Shown here piece after piece: positions 24,628 through 38,809 of a DNA stretch of 64,000 nt. The DNA comes from Rhizophagus irregularis (Eukaryota), in NCBI RefSeq assembly GCF_026210795.1, contig NC_089430.1:186001-250000 (forward strand). The letters are read 5' to 3'. The position numbers were made by a program, and so were the translations under genes. Below the pieces are notes generated by a model that made no database searches, had not been told where the DNA came from, and worked only from the letters and a program-made list of their open reading frames with translations. Positions within the stretch are counted from its first letter, which is position 1. Each line of letters starts with the position of its first letter.

Positions 24628-26821
24628 ATGACCACGAGAAGCGCCGTAATTAATGCCACGGAAATATGTGTTACGACGGGTGTTATCGTCGGTGGTGTAA
24701 TACCCGTTGTCAGCGGTGCAATCACAGCTATTGATAGAATAACGTGTTTAATTCAGAAAGCTATGTTTAATAAGGCCCTCTGCGCCTTTATTGGAGAGCG
24801 CTTAGATAATGCAAGATTGACTCTGAAAGAATCTGCTAATGACATAGACGAGAAAGTCCTGGAGCGTTATTTAAAAGTGTTAAGAGAAATTGAAGACGAT
24901 ATTAAATTGATATCTGAAAGTAAACAAAAATTCAAACTTTGGATACTTACAAAGAAAGTTGTAAACGCCAAAGAGGTAAATTTTATTGTGAAATTAAGAC
25001 GTTGCTATTAAATCTTCTGTTTTGTTTCAACGTATACCTTGCATATATTCAGGTTGAAGAAAAGCTTATAATACTATATAAGAAACTCGATGCTGCCAAT
25101 GATGAACTCTTTTTATCGGTCTTGAAAGGCACGCATCAAATCGTTACGAAAATGAAGGATGAGATACCGGAGCAACTTCGAAAGCTCATCCGAATACTTA
25201 CCATGAAACTTGACATTGATGATTTGAAAATAAGTGATTGGCAAATCAATGATGTTATTTTAGACAATAAAAAGATAAGCGAGTTGCGCAATCAGCCAAA
25301 AGTTATTCGGGGTAATATTTCGAAGAAAAAATTTCTCACACAGGACGTTGCGCAAAAACTTCTCGATTCTTGTGATAGTAATTCTTGTAAAATTATTAAT
25401 ATGCTCAAGTTGTTAGCTGATTGTAAAAATGTCATAGAATTGTAAGTGCTGTTCATGAGTTGCTTTACGTGCTTTTCTCTCCGTTTAAATAACCTCGTTT
25501 ACTTATAGTTTCGGTATCTATAAATTGAGCGGCGATCAATACTTGATCACTGAATGGTGCGAACATGGTAACCTTGAAGAATATTTGTTGCGAAATCCGG
25601 GGCTCGACTGGAATGTAAAAGTCAACATCGCTACAGGTATAGCTAATGGGGTAGTATTCTGTCATGATCGAGATATCCTCCACCATGATATTAGGAGCTC
25701 CAATATAATGCTTGATGCACATTTGTGCCCAAAGCTCTCGAACTTTGAACTGAGCCGAAGAGAACAAGATAATACTGTTCCTGGTCTTCAATTGGCAGAC
25801 GCTGCTAGGTATTGTACGGATTGTTACAGTTTTCTGGAATTTGCCGCTGATAAATAATGCTTGTAATAAAACATACTTTATAGATACATGGCACCTGAGA
25901 AAATCAAAGATAAAAAGAATCCTTACACGAAAGAGTGTGACATTTTTAGGTAAATTATATATGGTCTTCTTCTAAGATATAAAGGATCGATCAATAACTG
26001 ATGTATCACGATCTTATAATTCTTGTAATAGCCTTGGAATTGTCCTTTGGGTAATTGCTATGCAAGAAAAGCCGTACGCAAACATTAAGAGCTTCCAAAA
26101 AATCGAGGACTCTGTCATGGAAGGAAACCGCCCGAAACCTGTAGATGAAAACATTCCAATTAAATACCAGAATATCATGAAAAAGGCATGGGATAACGAT
26201 AGCAATTACCGCCCGGTAGCAAGTATAATGTATGAGGGGCTTTCCAAGTGTTTGGAAGATGATGACGTTTATCCTGTGAAGGATGAGCCTAAAGATTTAA
26301 CACTAAATTCGGATAGTGACAACATTCAACTTGATGAAGCCGGATTATACAAAAAAGCAGTTGGCTATCATCAAAGTCAAAAGCGCGAAGAAGCCTTTCG
26401 CATTTTCTATGAATTAGCAAATGTCGGTCACAAAGAATCGTTGTTTTACCTCGGCTATTACTATGCAAACGGGTATATCGTATCTAAAGATAATAAAAAG
26501 GCTCTCAAATATTACAGAGAGTCCGCTGATAAAGACTGCAGTGATGCAGTATATCACTACGCGGAAGCCTGTCTAAAATTGGCTCATGAGTATATGGAAA
26601 AGGCAATAAAACTTGGACAGTTTAAGGCAGGCATAAAATTAGCTGAGTATAATATCTCTCAAACTTGTTCACAGGATAAGTGTCACAAACTCTTGGGATA
26701 CTTAGATGCTGATGAGGTTAGACTGAGCAAACTGAAACCAAAGGTAGCGGAGTTGTATCGAGAAAGAATCGAAAGATTACGAAATGAGATCAAGCAGATG
26801 CAAAATCAACTAACTAAATAA
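24628..26821 (+). CDS. MLKL-like protein: N-terminal helical bundle + pseudokinase + Sel1-like repeats
   Basis: Exons 24628-24975, 25053-25441, 25509-25808, 25884-25949, 26032-26821; no Gly-rich loop, VAQK, HHDIRSSN, SNFE in place of DFG, APE; Sel1 motif SLFYLGYYYANG. Confidence 0.8.
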
Positions 26822-29800
26822 CGATAAGTTTATGATAATCTTGAGTTAGAATTTGACTTTTATTCTGTAGACGATCTTAATTAAATTAAAAAAAAATCAC
26901 TATCAAATTTAGAGTTGATTATTTAGTAGTTAAATTATTATCAATGCTTTTGCAAATTATTTGTTTACATTACTTTTTAATGACAGAATAAGAAATTTCT
27001 ATGTTCAAATTATACAATCCAAATTAATAAAATAATATTCTGTGAAATTTCTATTCATATTGTATCAATTTATTATTAGTCCGAATATAATCTTGTCATA
27101 GATAAAAATTTTCATTTTCGCGGAAAGTTTCCAAATTTTTCCAATTTACACGATGTACTTTTCCAAATTCTCCGAAATCAATTTCTTGAACGTTACTAAA
27201 ATGTTTGTAATAGTAATAATTTACATGATGTATTATTATTCTTCAATCCAACTAATCCATTAATTTGAATTTTCTGTAGCTGCATTTCAGTAAAATAAGA
27301 TGTGGGCCAAATAATATTTATTTAAAATTATCGACAAATATAATTAAGTTAAAATTTGTTTACTGAACACAAATTTCAATATTTAAAGAAAAAAAAAAAG
27401 ATATATATGCGTACATATTAATCAACGAAAACTTCTTTCTAAAGCTGTAAATGGTTTAGTCGATCTTTAAATTATATAGTACATGGAATTTTGTACAATA
27501 GATTAATTTTCCCAGACTAACCTGATTGAAACCGTCGATGATGTACCAAATAAACCTTAACGCTCACCTTCTTTTTTTACTTTGGTACCTTAGAATTTGG
27601 GGTAAGGGTAAGATATTTTAGGATTAAGATGATTGGGATCATCGGATCATTTTTTTAGTAGTGAATAAATATAGGTCGATAGTTACTCTAAACTTATGGT
27701 TAGAAATGTGCAAAATGAAATTATTATTGAAATTTGAAAAGTTAATTCTGAGCTATCACATGTTATTATTACAATCTTTTAATATCATTTGATAATCCCT
27801 TAATCCCTGATTCCCTGTATAAAATTCCTAATTTCAACTTTGAACTTAACTGTATTACATTAAATTAGTGTATTTACAAATCATAAAATAGGGAGTATAT
27901 TTTTAACAATCTTATCTAATATTCTTTTTTTTCGTGCACCACTTTGTCTAGCACGAATTGATTGATTGTTTGAAAAAAAAAAAATTTATTTATTGCATCA
28001 AGGACGCGATATAATAATACACATTTACAAGATCGATGATAACTTTGAATAAGTGACCAATATTTTATTCTTTTTTGAATGTATATAAAAAAAAAAGAAA
28101 AGGAAATAAGCATATAATAAATCACGTGATCCGATGATTTTAGTTTTGACGCAATCAAAAACACACTATAAAGCATACGTAATTGATTTTAATAAAATAT
28201 ATCATGAGTTTACTAGAAATATTGAAATTTACTCTGTATTTGACATTTTCATGCATTTCTTGCATAATAATTTCTGCTGTTGTTAGTGCAACTGCGTACT
28301 ATTGCGTCTATTCCTTAATATATTCGTCACGGTTCTTATCCCTCTCTTCAACTTTATACATTAAATTTGTAGCGCTTTGTATATTTTATGCGCCCTTTGT
28401 CTATTAGGTCTATTAGACCTAGTTCTAATTCTTAAATCACTTAAACCTTCCAAGTAAAAAAACTGCATTCGAATTGTATTGTCTAAAAAGTAGAGAATTT
28501 AATTAATAAAATACGGGGGAAGTATAAATCATAAAACAGATCTTTACATGAATTTTCTTTATCAAAAGTTGGTTTGACACTTTAGTATAAAGTAAATTTT
28601 ACTTTTTTGGACTTTGTATATACGTAAGTTTAGAAGTTATGTGTAAAAAACTTTACCACATATAAAACATTTTTTATTTCTTTAGAAAAGGTGTCAAACT
28701 TTAAGTGCATTTGTATATATTTAGCTTTATATTTGAAAATATATTTAAGAAATACATACTTGTCTATAAAGGAAATATAACAAAATTTCCCCGATTTTAA
28801 TAGTTAATTAAATTCTCTACCTTTTATGCGCACTATTGCACTGCTGAAAATAATAAAAAATTACCTTTATTATAACTTATTAAATGATTTTTATGTTTTA
28901 GAAATCATTAAAATTTATTCACTAATAATTATTTATACAAGAGTGAAATTAATCACTTATAAAACCCTTGCTTTCACATCTTTATACGTCATGTACATTA
29001 GTGCCTGTTCAAGGCGACCTTGTTTTCCTTCGTAATCATCTTTTAAAAAATAATGGTTAGGAGAGGGTCTCTTAGTAAGTTGAGCTAGTGAGATAAAAAC
29101 TCTACGCTTTCCATAACTATCATCACATTATTATAGGTCAAATGTAATTTGAACGGTAGTACCGGAAATAACTATAGCGTTAAAAGATGCATTATTTCTA
29201 TAATTAATTATTAAAATTAATAATTTACAAACATTTAAATTAAAATATTTTATTAATAATCTTTAATATTTAAAATATTTGAGAATTTTTCTGTAATGAA
29301 TTAGGTAAAATTAAGAAATTATAATAATATTTGAAAAATGAAAATAAAAGTCAAGTGCATTTATTGACGTTCATCACATTTACCTATCATTTCCCGACTC
29401 AACTTTATTTTGTCGAATTGTCACAGTCCATTTTGCCGGAATATTTTAAAGATTTATTCACGCAATATTTATCTTATTATAAGATCATTTTTTTTGTTCT
29501 CTTTATACAGAACTCAATTATGAATAATTATATATAAAATAATGAAATTTCGTTTATTGATTAAAGTTATAAAATTGATACAGCAAGGATGCGTGCACAG
29601 GTTATTTGAAAAAATAGCGGTCAGAAAATTTCTTGGTGAAAATGACGATTAGAAATGGTGTCATATGCGTACATGAATGAAATGTAAAGTATATGTATGA
29701 GGTTAATCATCGGATTATTATAGCTAAAGGTTTTTCAATATTTGAATTGTATTATGCAAAACGTGCAATTCACATGATAATTAATTTTTATTTATCACCC

Positions 29801-30047
29801 CAACTGCTAATACTGAATTTGGATTTATTTTAGCCTATTTTTCATATTTTTTCCCATGTTATCAAGCAATCTATGTTTTAAGTTTTTGATTATCATGTCA
29901 GATGATCGATAAAGATGCGGCGATTACAAATAAGGATTCTCAGACTAACCAATAACGTCAATTAATGAAATTTCAGCTTTATTAAATGATACGAACAAAG
30001 AAATTTTTTTTTTCTTTTATTTTTTTTTCAAAATAAATTTATTTACC

Positions 30048-32642
30048 ATGTCTGACGATACCAGTGTTGATTATTCGGCTGATATTGATTGGATTGAAGA
30101 AGCTATCACTAAAAAGTATTTTAAATATTATGAATTCGAGAATTTTAACAATATTCAGGAAATTGGTTCGGGAGGTTTCGGAAAGGTTTTTCGCGCAAGT
30201 TGGAAAAATTCGGGACAGTATTTAGCCTTAAAAACTTTTTTTAATTTTGACGATGCTACAATTAAAGGGATCGCTCGTGAGGTAATTAGTTATATTTATT
30301 GTATATATAATTATATAACATTTTCTTTAAAAAAATCTTAATATGATTAGTTATTCTTTCTATATATTAATTTTTAATTAGTTAAAACTTCAACGTGAAG
30401 TTGATTTTCATAATAATATTATTCGTTTCTTTGGAATTACAAAATATGAGCCAGGTATAAACTTTTTATATTATTATGCCTTTTTATCGTTTTAACGTCC
30501 CTCAAGATTTAACATTGCTGTGACGTAAACATTATGCTCTTTTTTAAAAAAAAAATTTTTTTTTTTTACTATTAGAAAGCGAAAATAATCTATTGAACTT
30601 GAACCGGTATTCATTTGTAATGGAATATGCTGATAATGGCACGCTTCGAAAATATTTGAAGAATAATTTCGATAGTATTACTTGGAAAGATAAATTAAAT
30701 ATGGCTTACCAGCTGGCTAGTGCCGTTTCTTGTTTACATAATGAGGGAATTGTGCATAGTGATTTGGTAATTATTTTAAATTATATAATTTTTTTTTTCT
30801 TGTCGCATTCTACCCTTCTATATCATTATGTTAATCCTAATCCATTACGTTTAACGTATATTAAGAATTAATAAGTATTATATTTATTTTTATGATAGCA
30901 CTCCAATAATATCTTGGTTCTTAAGAATAAGATTAAATTGGCTGATTTTGGACTGTCAAAGAGGATTGAAGAAACGTCCAGTCGGCAATCTTTCAAATTA
31001 TTTGGTGTTATTCCTTATATTGATCCAAAAAGATTAATGGATCAAGAATACAAATTAAATGAAATGAGTGATATATATAGTGTAGGTGTATTATTATGGG
31101 AGTTATCTAGTGGTAAGCCACCTTTTTATAATGATGGTGAAGCGTATGATATTGGTTTAGTTGTTGAAATTTTACAAGGTATTAGAGAAGAACCTATTCC
31201 TGATACACCCGAGGCTTATGTTGCGCTTTATACTGGTAAATATATTCTTCAAATAATAAATAATAATAATTATTAATATTATTGATATTTTAATAACAAT
31301 TTCTTTTTAAATCTAACGGTAATTTTTTTTACCAGAATGTTGGAATAAAGAACCAGTTCTTCGTCCAGCTATAAGTGAAGTGCTTGATCAATTGAAAGCA
31401 ATTATTTTTTCAGTCGACGAAACTAATGAAAATGATTTATATAATACTGTAAGTCAACATCAAGAAGACGGGCAAAGTAAACAAGGCGGACAAGAAAATA
31501 AAAATAATGAGGAATCAATAGACGATGAGAATTCATCATTTGTAAATTCATTATTAATAGGCATAATAGCTGATGAATTATCTAATCTTATTTTTAATGG
31601 TGAGAAAAAATTGGAAGTATCTACCATTTGTAATTCTTGTGAAGTTTATAACATCAAATCAGTAGAAGTTTATAAGTGGTTATTAGATAATCAATATGAT
31701 CCAAATCATATTTTTTTACTTGGAGCTTTTAATTATTTAGGAATTGGAACTGATGTTAATAAGGAAAAGGCGGTTGAATTATATCAAAAAGCGGCAGGCT
31801 TAGGACATAGTGTAGCTCAATATAATCTTGCTTGTATATATAAAGAAGGAAAAGTTGTATATCGAGATAATGAAAAAGTTTTTAACTTGCTAAAAAAATC
31901 ATCTGAAGGAGAATACTTAAACGCAATAAATATGTTAGGAGAATGTTATCATAAGGAAATCGGAACCGATATTGACAAAGAAAAAGCTTTTGAGTTATAT
32001 CAAAAAGCAGCGAATTTAGGGCATAGTGTAGCTCAATATAATCTTGCTCGAATGTATAGAAATGGAGATGGTGTTGATAAAGACAATGACAAAGCTTTTG
32101 AATTTGCTACGAAGTCTGCTGAAGGGAAAAATTTAAATGGAATAAATTTATTGGGAATTTTTTATAGTAAAGGAGTTGGAACTAGCGTTGATAAGCAGAG
32201 GGCATTTGAATTATATAAAACGGCATCAGATTTAGGACATAAATCAGCTAAAAGTAATCTTGCAATTTTATATAAAAAGGGAGAAGGTACTGAACAAGAT
32301 TATGAAAAAGCTGCTGAATTATATAAACAATTATATAGTGAAGGATATTCAAATGCATTTGGAATATTATTAGATTGTTTTGATGTTGATACTGAAGAAA
32401 AAGATGAAATGAAGGAAACGTTTGGAGGGAAATCAACAAGTTTAATTAATATTTTTATTGATGGAATGAGTGAAGAGGAAAAACTTAGCGTTCATGAGTT
32501 TGTAGCAAAACTTGGAAAACCATTGAGCATTATTAATCCTATTGAAGTCGTTGAAAATTATAAAACTGGGGAAGGAATTTTTAAAAATGCAAAAAATTTA
32601 TTTTACAGAAGTGCAGATGAGATTAGAAAACTTAAGAATTAA
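30048..32642 (+). CDS. TKL-type protein kinase with C-terminal Sel1-like repeats
   Basis: Exons 30048-30281, 30382-30454, 30576-30766, 30899-31235, 31336-32642; GSGGFG, LALK, HSDLHSNN, DFG; about six Sel1 repeats (AQYNLA...G.G). Confidence 0.92.
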
Positions 32643-32779
32643 TAGATATAATATATATAATATTCAAATTTTTTTTAAAAAAAAAATGTTAAAATATTAA
32701 GACTTCATATTAAATAAAATTCCTTGGCGTCACTTAGAAATACCACATTATTGTCACGTGATACTTCAGAATTTTTTTA

Positions 32780-32920
32780 TATACAATTGTTCAACTACAT
32801 TTATGACAATTTCAATTTTTACACAGATGGATCCGACCTGGCCTTGGGAACACAAGATTGCGCTAGCGTTTCGGATGGGTTCAAATTCACCCTTCACCCC
32901 AAAATTTCAATTCAAAGGTA
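32780..32920 (+). pseudogene. LINE RNase H fragment
   Basis: FYTDGS..LGT, then frameshifted FGWVQIHP..KFQFKG, matching FYTDGSVQYIGT...YGWTQVQP..RINFKG of the LINE at about 9900. Confidence 0.7.
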
Positions 32921-33125
32921 GGTCCCACAGTCTAAACGTGAAACTGAGACAATATTATTATAATATTATGCGCTATTATTACATTACCTTATAATAATAC
33001 AGCACGAATTTATACGGAATTTAATACAAGGATACATACTCCGGTTTCAAGTCCTCGAAAACAGTTGAAAAAGAAAAGCTTTCTCTTTTTTTTTGGATCG
33101 TAATCTCAATGTTCCACTTTATAAC

Positions 33126-33647
33126 GGGTCTGGTTCATTTCACTGACAATTATTTCACCGACAATCATTTACCGACATAAAAAATTAATATTGAATATGA
33201 GATATTTTATTATAAAACTTTTTTTTTTAGATATTTAGTTTAGATTTAATTAGTATTGATACTTTACTTTCATCTTAGACGAGTTAGTAGATAGAATAAC
33301 ATATAATTATATCTATTGTATTTTTTTTATTTTTTTATATATGTTATTATAAATTTCATTAAAATAATAAAAACTAACAAAAAAATATATATATAATAAA
33401 TTTTTTACAGTAATACATTTATTAAAAAAAAAAAACTAATGTAAAAAGTAGTAGTTTTTTGTATTTTATAAAATCTAACAAAGAAATACGTGTTACTAAC
33501 AAAAAAAAATCCCCATTTCACATAAAGATACAGTATATGTAAAAATATTAATAAAATTTTTATATTTAATTTTATATGTCGGTGAAATAACCCTGTCGGT
33601 GAAACGTTTGTTCTGTGAAGTAATTGTCGGTGAGTTAAACGCGACCC
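33126..33647. mobile_element. MITE with GGGTC termini (possibly Mutator-type)
   Basis: Long imperfect TIR containing TTCACCGACAA repeats at both ends; no clear target duplication. Confidence 0.65.
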
Positions 33648-34127
33648 CTCACATTGTTTTGTTTTTATTTCGCAATTTTATTTTTCTTGTGCGTGCTATT
33701 TTGTTTATGTTAACTATTATAGCTTTAATTTTCCTTATCGTTATCTTTCCACCAGAATAAAGTTGACTTGATTTACAGTTTTCTATTTGTACAACTTTCG
33801 ACCCTATATATAGTCTCTTGTGGTCTGTACTGAAACTTTCTTTACTCTGTGAAATAAAAATAAAAATAAAATAAAATTGTTCAATCTATGTGCAAATAGA
33901 ATATAATACTAAAAGTAAATCCGCCCTTGAACAACCGTTCACCGATTTAAAAGTTTCATACATTCTCTTAACAATATATACCTCAAAAGATTGTTTTGAC
34001 TGACTCAAACGTATTAAGAAATGCAGGAGATTACAAAGAAGGAATTACCTTCTATGATAGGTAGCAAACATCTAATAATTGATGCGAATAAAATTAACCA
34101 ATCACAGCACGGATAGACAGACATTTG

Positions 34128-34744
34128 AGGGGTCGGTCCCAGGAAATGTATCGGTCTTGGGACCGGTCTTCGGTTTTCGGTCCGAGATTTGAGGACCGGT
34201 CCGGACCGAGACCGATTATATAAAATTATCATTTAATATAAAAATGTTAAATTATATATTATTAATAAAGTTTTCTTTTAAAAATATCAAAATTTTCATA
34301 TGTTGGTATTTTGCAATATCAATATCATTCGATTCCTCATTGATGCTTTAAAATGTTAAAGACTTAAAGTACGAGAAATAAAAATTTTTCGTATATGCAA
34401 TTATTTTGTGTTACATGGTCAGCATCAATTTGATAATTTACTTTTATTCCCGTTGCAATTTTTTTTCATATTTTTTGATGGTTGTAAAAATTCTATCCAG
34501 TATTTTACTCTTAAACTTTGAGATTTGACAACAAAGGTAACTGGTAATAAATAATAAATTAATCTCATAATTTTTAGTGCGACCTGTATTTCATTATCTC
34601 GTTGATCCAACCCAACAATACTGCTATTATAAATAAGATAATTTAAAAAATTTTAAGGATCGGTCAAAAGACTGGTCCGGTCCTGGCTGAAAGACCGGTC
34701 TTTTTTGGGACCGGACCGGACTGGACCGGACTAATCCAACCCTA
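34128..34744. mobile_element. hAT-type MITE remnant with GGACCGGTCC subterminal repeats
   Basis: Right end CCAACCCTA; motif clusters at both ends; left terminus eroded. Confidence 0.6.
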
Positions 34745-35938
34745 TCTTGAACTAGAGTAAAGTTATCTTCGTGGTGACTTGGTTTACAATTTTATATTAG
34801 TATTACTTTTGGTTCTATTATGTAGTATCTTTGTAATCGTTACTGAATCTTTATTTACTCTGTGAAACAAAAATAATTTTTAACATACAATTGATTCAAT
34901 GAGTTTTAGTTGGATTTATTCACGATAATATTTTAGGTTGATGACGAGGACTCAAATCGTCAGCATCAACAACTTCAGAAAGACTATTTCATCGCCACCA
35001 TCTTCCAGAATATTATTTATATATTATTCTGAGAAGATTTAAATAATTGGTTCTTAATTTTATGTCAGAAAAAGGAAGTAATTATTTTAATTGGTTTGTA
35101 TTTTTCATTCTTCTAAGTCGAAATCAGGAAATTAATATTTTGATTAGTTCTTTATATCTTAAATATAACGTATGGGATTTCATTGGGATAGAAACTTAGA
35201 ATTTATTTTCTTTCTTGAATTTTTCATTTCATTTTTATTATTCAATTTTATTTTGAAACTCGGGAATTGTTATAATTGTTTCGTAGCATGAGGCGGCAAA
35301 CGTCTTTATGACGTGCTCAAGTCCTACACCATGAAAATCGTTTTGAACCGAACAGGAACCGGCTCGAAATCGGGTTATCATCATTACGTAACAGACAGGG
35401 CAATCATTGATCATCGTCACATGCTCTACTTGTGTCTTAAATTTGACGCATGTACTGTAACAGCTCATATTTTTATGAGGCCGGTCCCAACCCTAGACTA
35501 CAAACATGAGAAGCATTAAAGAAGACCTAATAACCAATTTTAATCAAAATTAAAATTTTTGTACGCATAATTAAATCACTTAGTATTTACGCTATTACAC
35601 ATTCTGCGTAAAATCTAAATAAATTTCCAAAAAATATTTATAATTGTTACAAGCACGTCTACATATAGTTTTGGTGTTCATACAAATTGCGATTTTTTTG
35701 ATTTTTTTGATTTTTTTTGTAGCAACAAATCTTTATTTCTATGTAAAATAATTGTTTATAAGATAATTGTTCATAATTTTTATATAAATAACTTGTTTTC
35801 TCTAATATGATCTTTTTTTTTTAAAAAAAAAAGAAAAAAAATTGATAAGTTGTCAAAATGTTCAATTTGGCATTTAATAAATTTGAGAGACTTTGTTGGA
35901 GATAATAAATTAATTTAGGCATTGAAATTCTTAAAGTC

Positions 35939-36980
35939 TTACTCAAAAGACTCTATCAACTTATTTATAGGATTCTCATCTGAAGCATCAAGTTCTTCTA
36001 TATACTGATGACCTAATTCTAAGAGATAAGGAACACTTTTGTAATCATCCAAACTTATTTTTTCTTCAAACCAAACCTGCCATCGTTGATAATGATTTCC
36101 CAATAAACTATACATTGAACGATCAGTATTGCCTTTCTGTTGTGGTAGCACTACTTTGTGAAGATTTTGTGCCCAAAAAAGATTACCACGATATAGATCA
36201 GGATTTAAAGGGTTAGGCATATAGCCCCCTGTACCTAAAGAAAGCACGGAAATCTTTTCTTTTGCTACATTATACTGAATAGCTTTTTCATATGCCGCCA
36301 TTGCTGGATTATTAAGATGTAAGGCTCCGTCTATGAAAAAGCCCCTGCCCTTTATCTCATAAGGCGGAAAAAAAGTGGGCGCAGCCGTTGTTGCCATTAA
36401 AGTATCAAAAAAAGTGTCATTTGAGTAACCAGGACGATCATCCATAACGTGTAAATAAATGTGTACGTGTTAAATTATTTTCATCTACTGCAGGAATAAC
36501 TAGTTCTGTAAGTGCTTTATTTAAACGCACATTTCCGAAATGATTAAAAAACAATGAATTGCGATCTTTGTCTGTATATCTTGGCTTGAACAATTTCCAT
36601 GAATCATTTTTGGTAAACAAGTCTTTTACTTGGTTCTGGTAAAGATTTAATATATCTGAAGCTGAAAACTTTGGTCTTGAATTTGAACATTTATAATATG
36701 GCACGTTATTTTCATCATACATTATTTCCCAGGATGGTACCGATAGCCCAGCAGCAATAATCCCTCCTGTTGATGTTCCAGCTATCATATTAAATAAGCA
36801 AGAAATGGGTCTATGTGTGCGATATTCTATCTCACTAAGCCATAAGGCAGGTAATATTCCACAAACACCCCCTCCATCAATTGAAAGAATATTATAAGTG
36901 GGACTCTCTTTACCATAAGAACTCTTTAAGTAATCCATTTCATATTTAATAGTCTTTTTTCCTTTTTCGTAACAATCCAT
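35939..36980 (-). pseudogene. Patatin-like phospholipase, frameshifted and 5'-truncated by a transposon
   Basis: LSIDGGGVCG, AGTSTGG, AAPTFF, FIDGA, LSLGTG; frame break near 36440; coding-like sequence stops at the CCCTATG terminus at 36981. Confidence 0.88.
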
Positions 36981-38809
36981 CCCTATGAAAAAAGCCTGTG
37001 TGATTTTTGTTGAAAAAACATCCAATTAAATTCACTATGATTTCTGTATATTTGACCATACAATAATTGTGCTAAAAATTGCAATAAATCACACAATAGT
37101 TGTATGGCAATCATACAATAATTATCCAATTTATGACCTGATTTTATACAATTATTGTCTAATTTTTGAGCCAAATTTCGGGCCGAATTTTAGGAATTAT
37201 TCTGGGCCGAATTTAGAAATTATTGTGAGCCGAATTTTAGGAATTATTAGGAATTATTATGGCCGAATTTAGGAATTATTGTGCCGAATTTAAAAATTAT
37301 TGTGGGCTTTTTGGGCTGAATTTTAGGAATTATTCTGGGCCGAATTTAGAAATTATTGTAATTATTGTGAACCGAATTTTAGGAATTATTAGGAATTATT
37401 ATGGCCGAATTTAGGAATTATTGTGGGCCGAATTTAAAAATTATTGTGGGCCGAATTTTAGGAATTATGATTACAGTAAGTCAAAATTTGGTCAGTAACG
37501 ATTAACGACAAGCAAATTTATAAAGTGAAATTATGGATTTTTATTAATTTAAATATAAAATATACAAAATAAAACACTATATTTGATATGAATTATAAAT
37601 GTAGAAAACTATAAAAAAATATAAAAATATATATATAATAATTAATAAATAATATACTATCGCTGTATTAGATATAAACTATAAATTAAAACTATAAATG
37701 TATAAAGAAAATAAAATCAAATATCAAATAAATGTTAATAGCATGATTAGCGAATTAATAATATTAAAGAAAGTAAAGTAAATTATTGGTATAAGTAAAT
37801 TATTAATATTAAAAATAAAAAAGTATGAAGTTAGTAAAGAAAGCAAAATTAGAATTAGTAAGTAGTATGGAAAGTAAATTGTTAGCATTTGTTAGCGTTA
37901 GTAATAATAAAAAAAAAGAAAGTAAAATAAATTATTGTAAGTAAATTATTAATATTAAAAATAAAAAAGTATGAAGTTAATAAAGAAAGCAAATTAGTAA
38001 GTAGTATGGAAAGTAATTGTTAGCGTTTGTTAGCGTTAGTGATAATAAAAAAAAGTATAAAGTTAGTGAAAAAAGTAAGTTAGTAATTGAAATGTAAAAA
38101 AGTTAGAAAATAAATAAAAGGATAAAAAAAAATAAATTTTCTTACCGAAAAGAAAGTTTGAAGAAAAGAAAGTTTGAAGAAAAAAAGTTTGAAGGAAAAA
38201 AAGGTTAAAAAAAATAAACAAATATTTTCTGCGTAGTGAAAAAAGCAAGTTAGTAATATTCAAATGTAAAAAAGTTAAAAAATAAATAAACGAAAAGAAA
38301 AGTTTGAAGAAAAAAAGTTAAAAAAAAATAAACAAATATTTTCTGCGTTATATTTATTTTGATGATCAGATCACGTGTATAATATAATTTAATTTTAATT
38401 GGACGATCAGATCACGTGTATAATATACATAATTTTAATTGGACAATTTCCTTTATTTTCCAAACTAACCGGATAAGTAGTGACACAAAATTTTAACTAA
38501 CGAAAAATGAACTTTTAAACTTTAATTTTGCATTATCGTTACATTGTTACAAAATTTCATTACAAAAGCAATACGACACAAAAATTTACTTTATTTAAAA
38601 TATGCATATTATGTGCTATTCAAGGATTATAGATTCACAAAAGTACCCGAAATGATAAATTTGTCAAAATGTGATTCGTCTAGAATATATCTTTTATATT
38701 CAGGGGTTGCAAAATTTTGGTTTCTTTTTCTTTTTTACATATTGTTATCTCTAATTTATGAAATAAAATAAAATATTAGTATTTGTAACTAATTAATTTC
38801 AAATTAAAT

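Noticed and set aside
27590..28710. Two weak inverted-repeat pairs (27590-27830, 28570-28700)
   Set aside because: Too degenerate, with no target duplication, to call as MITEs.
35290..35519. Short ORF faintly resembling a mitochondrial ribosomal protein
   Set aside because: Similarity too weak to support without a search.
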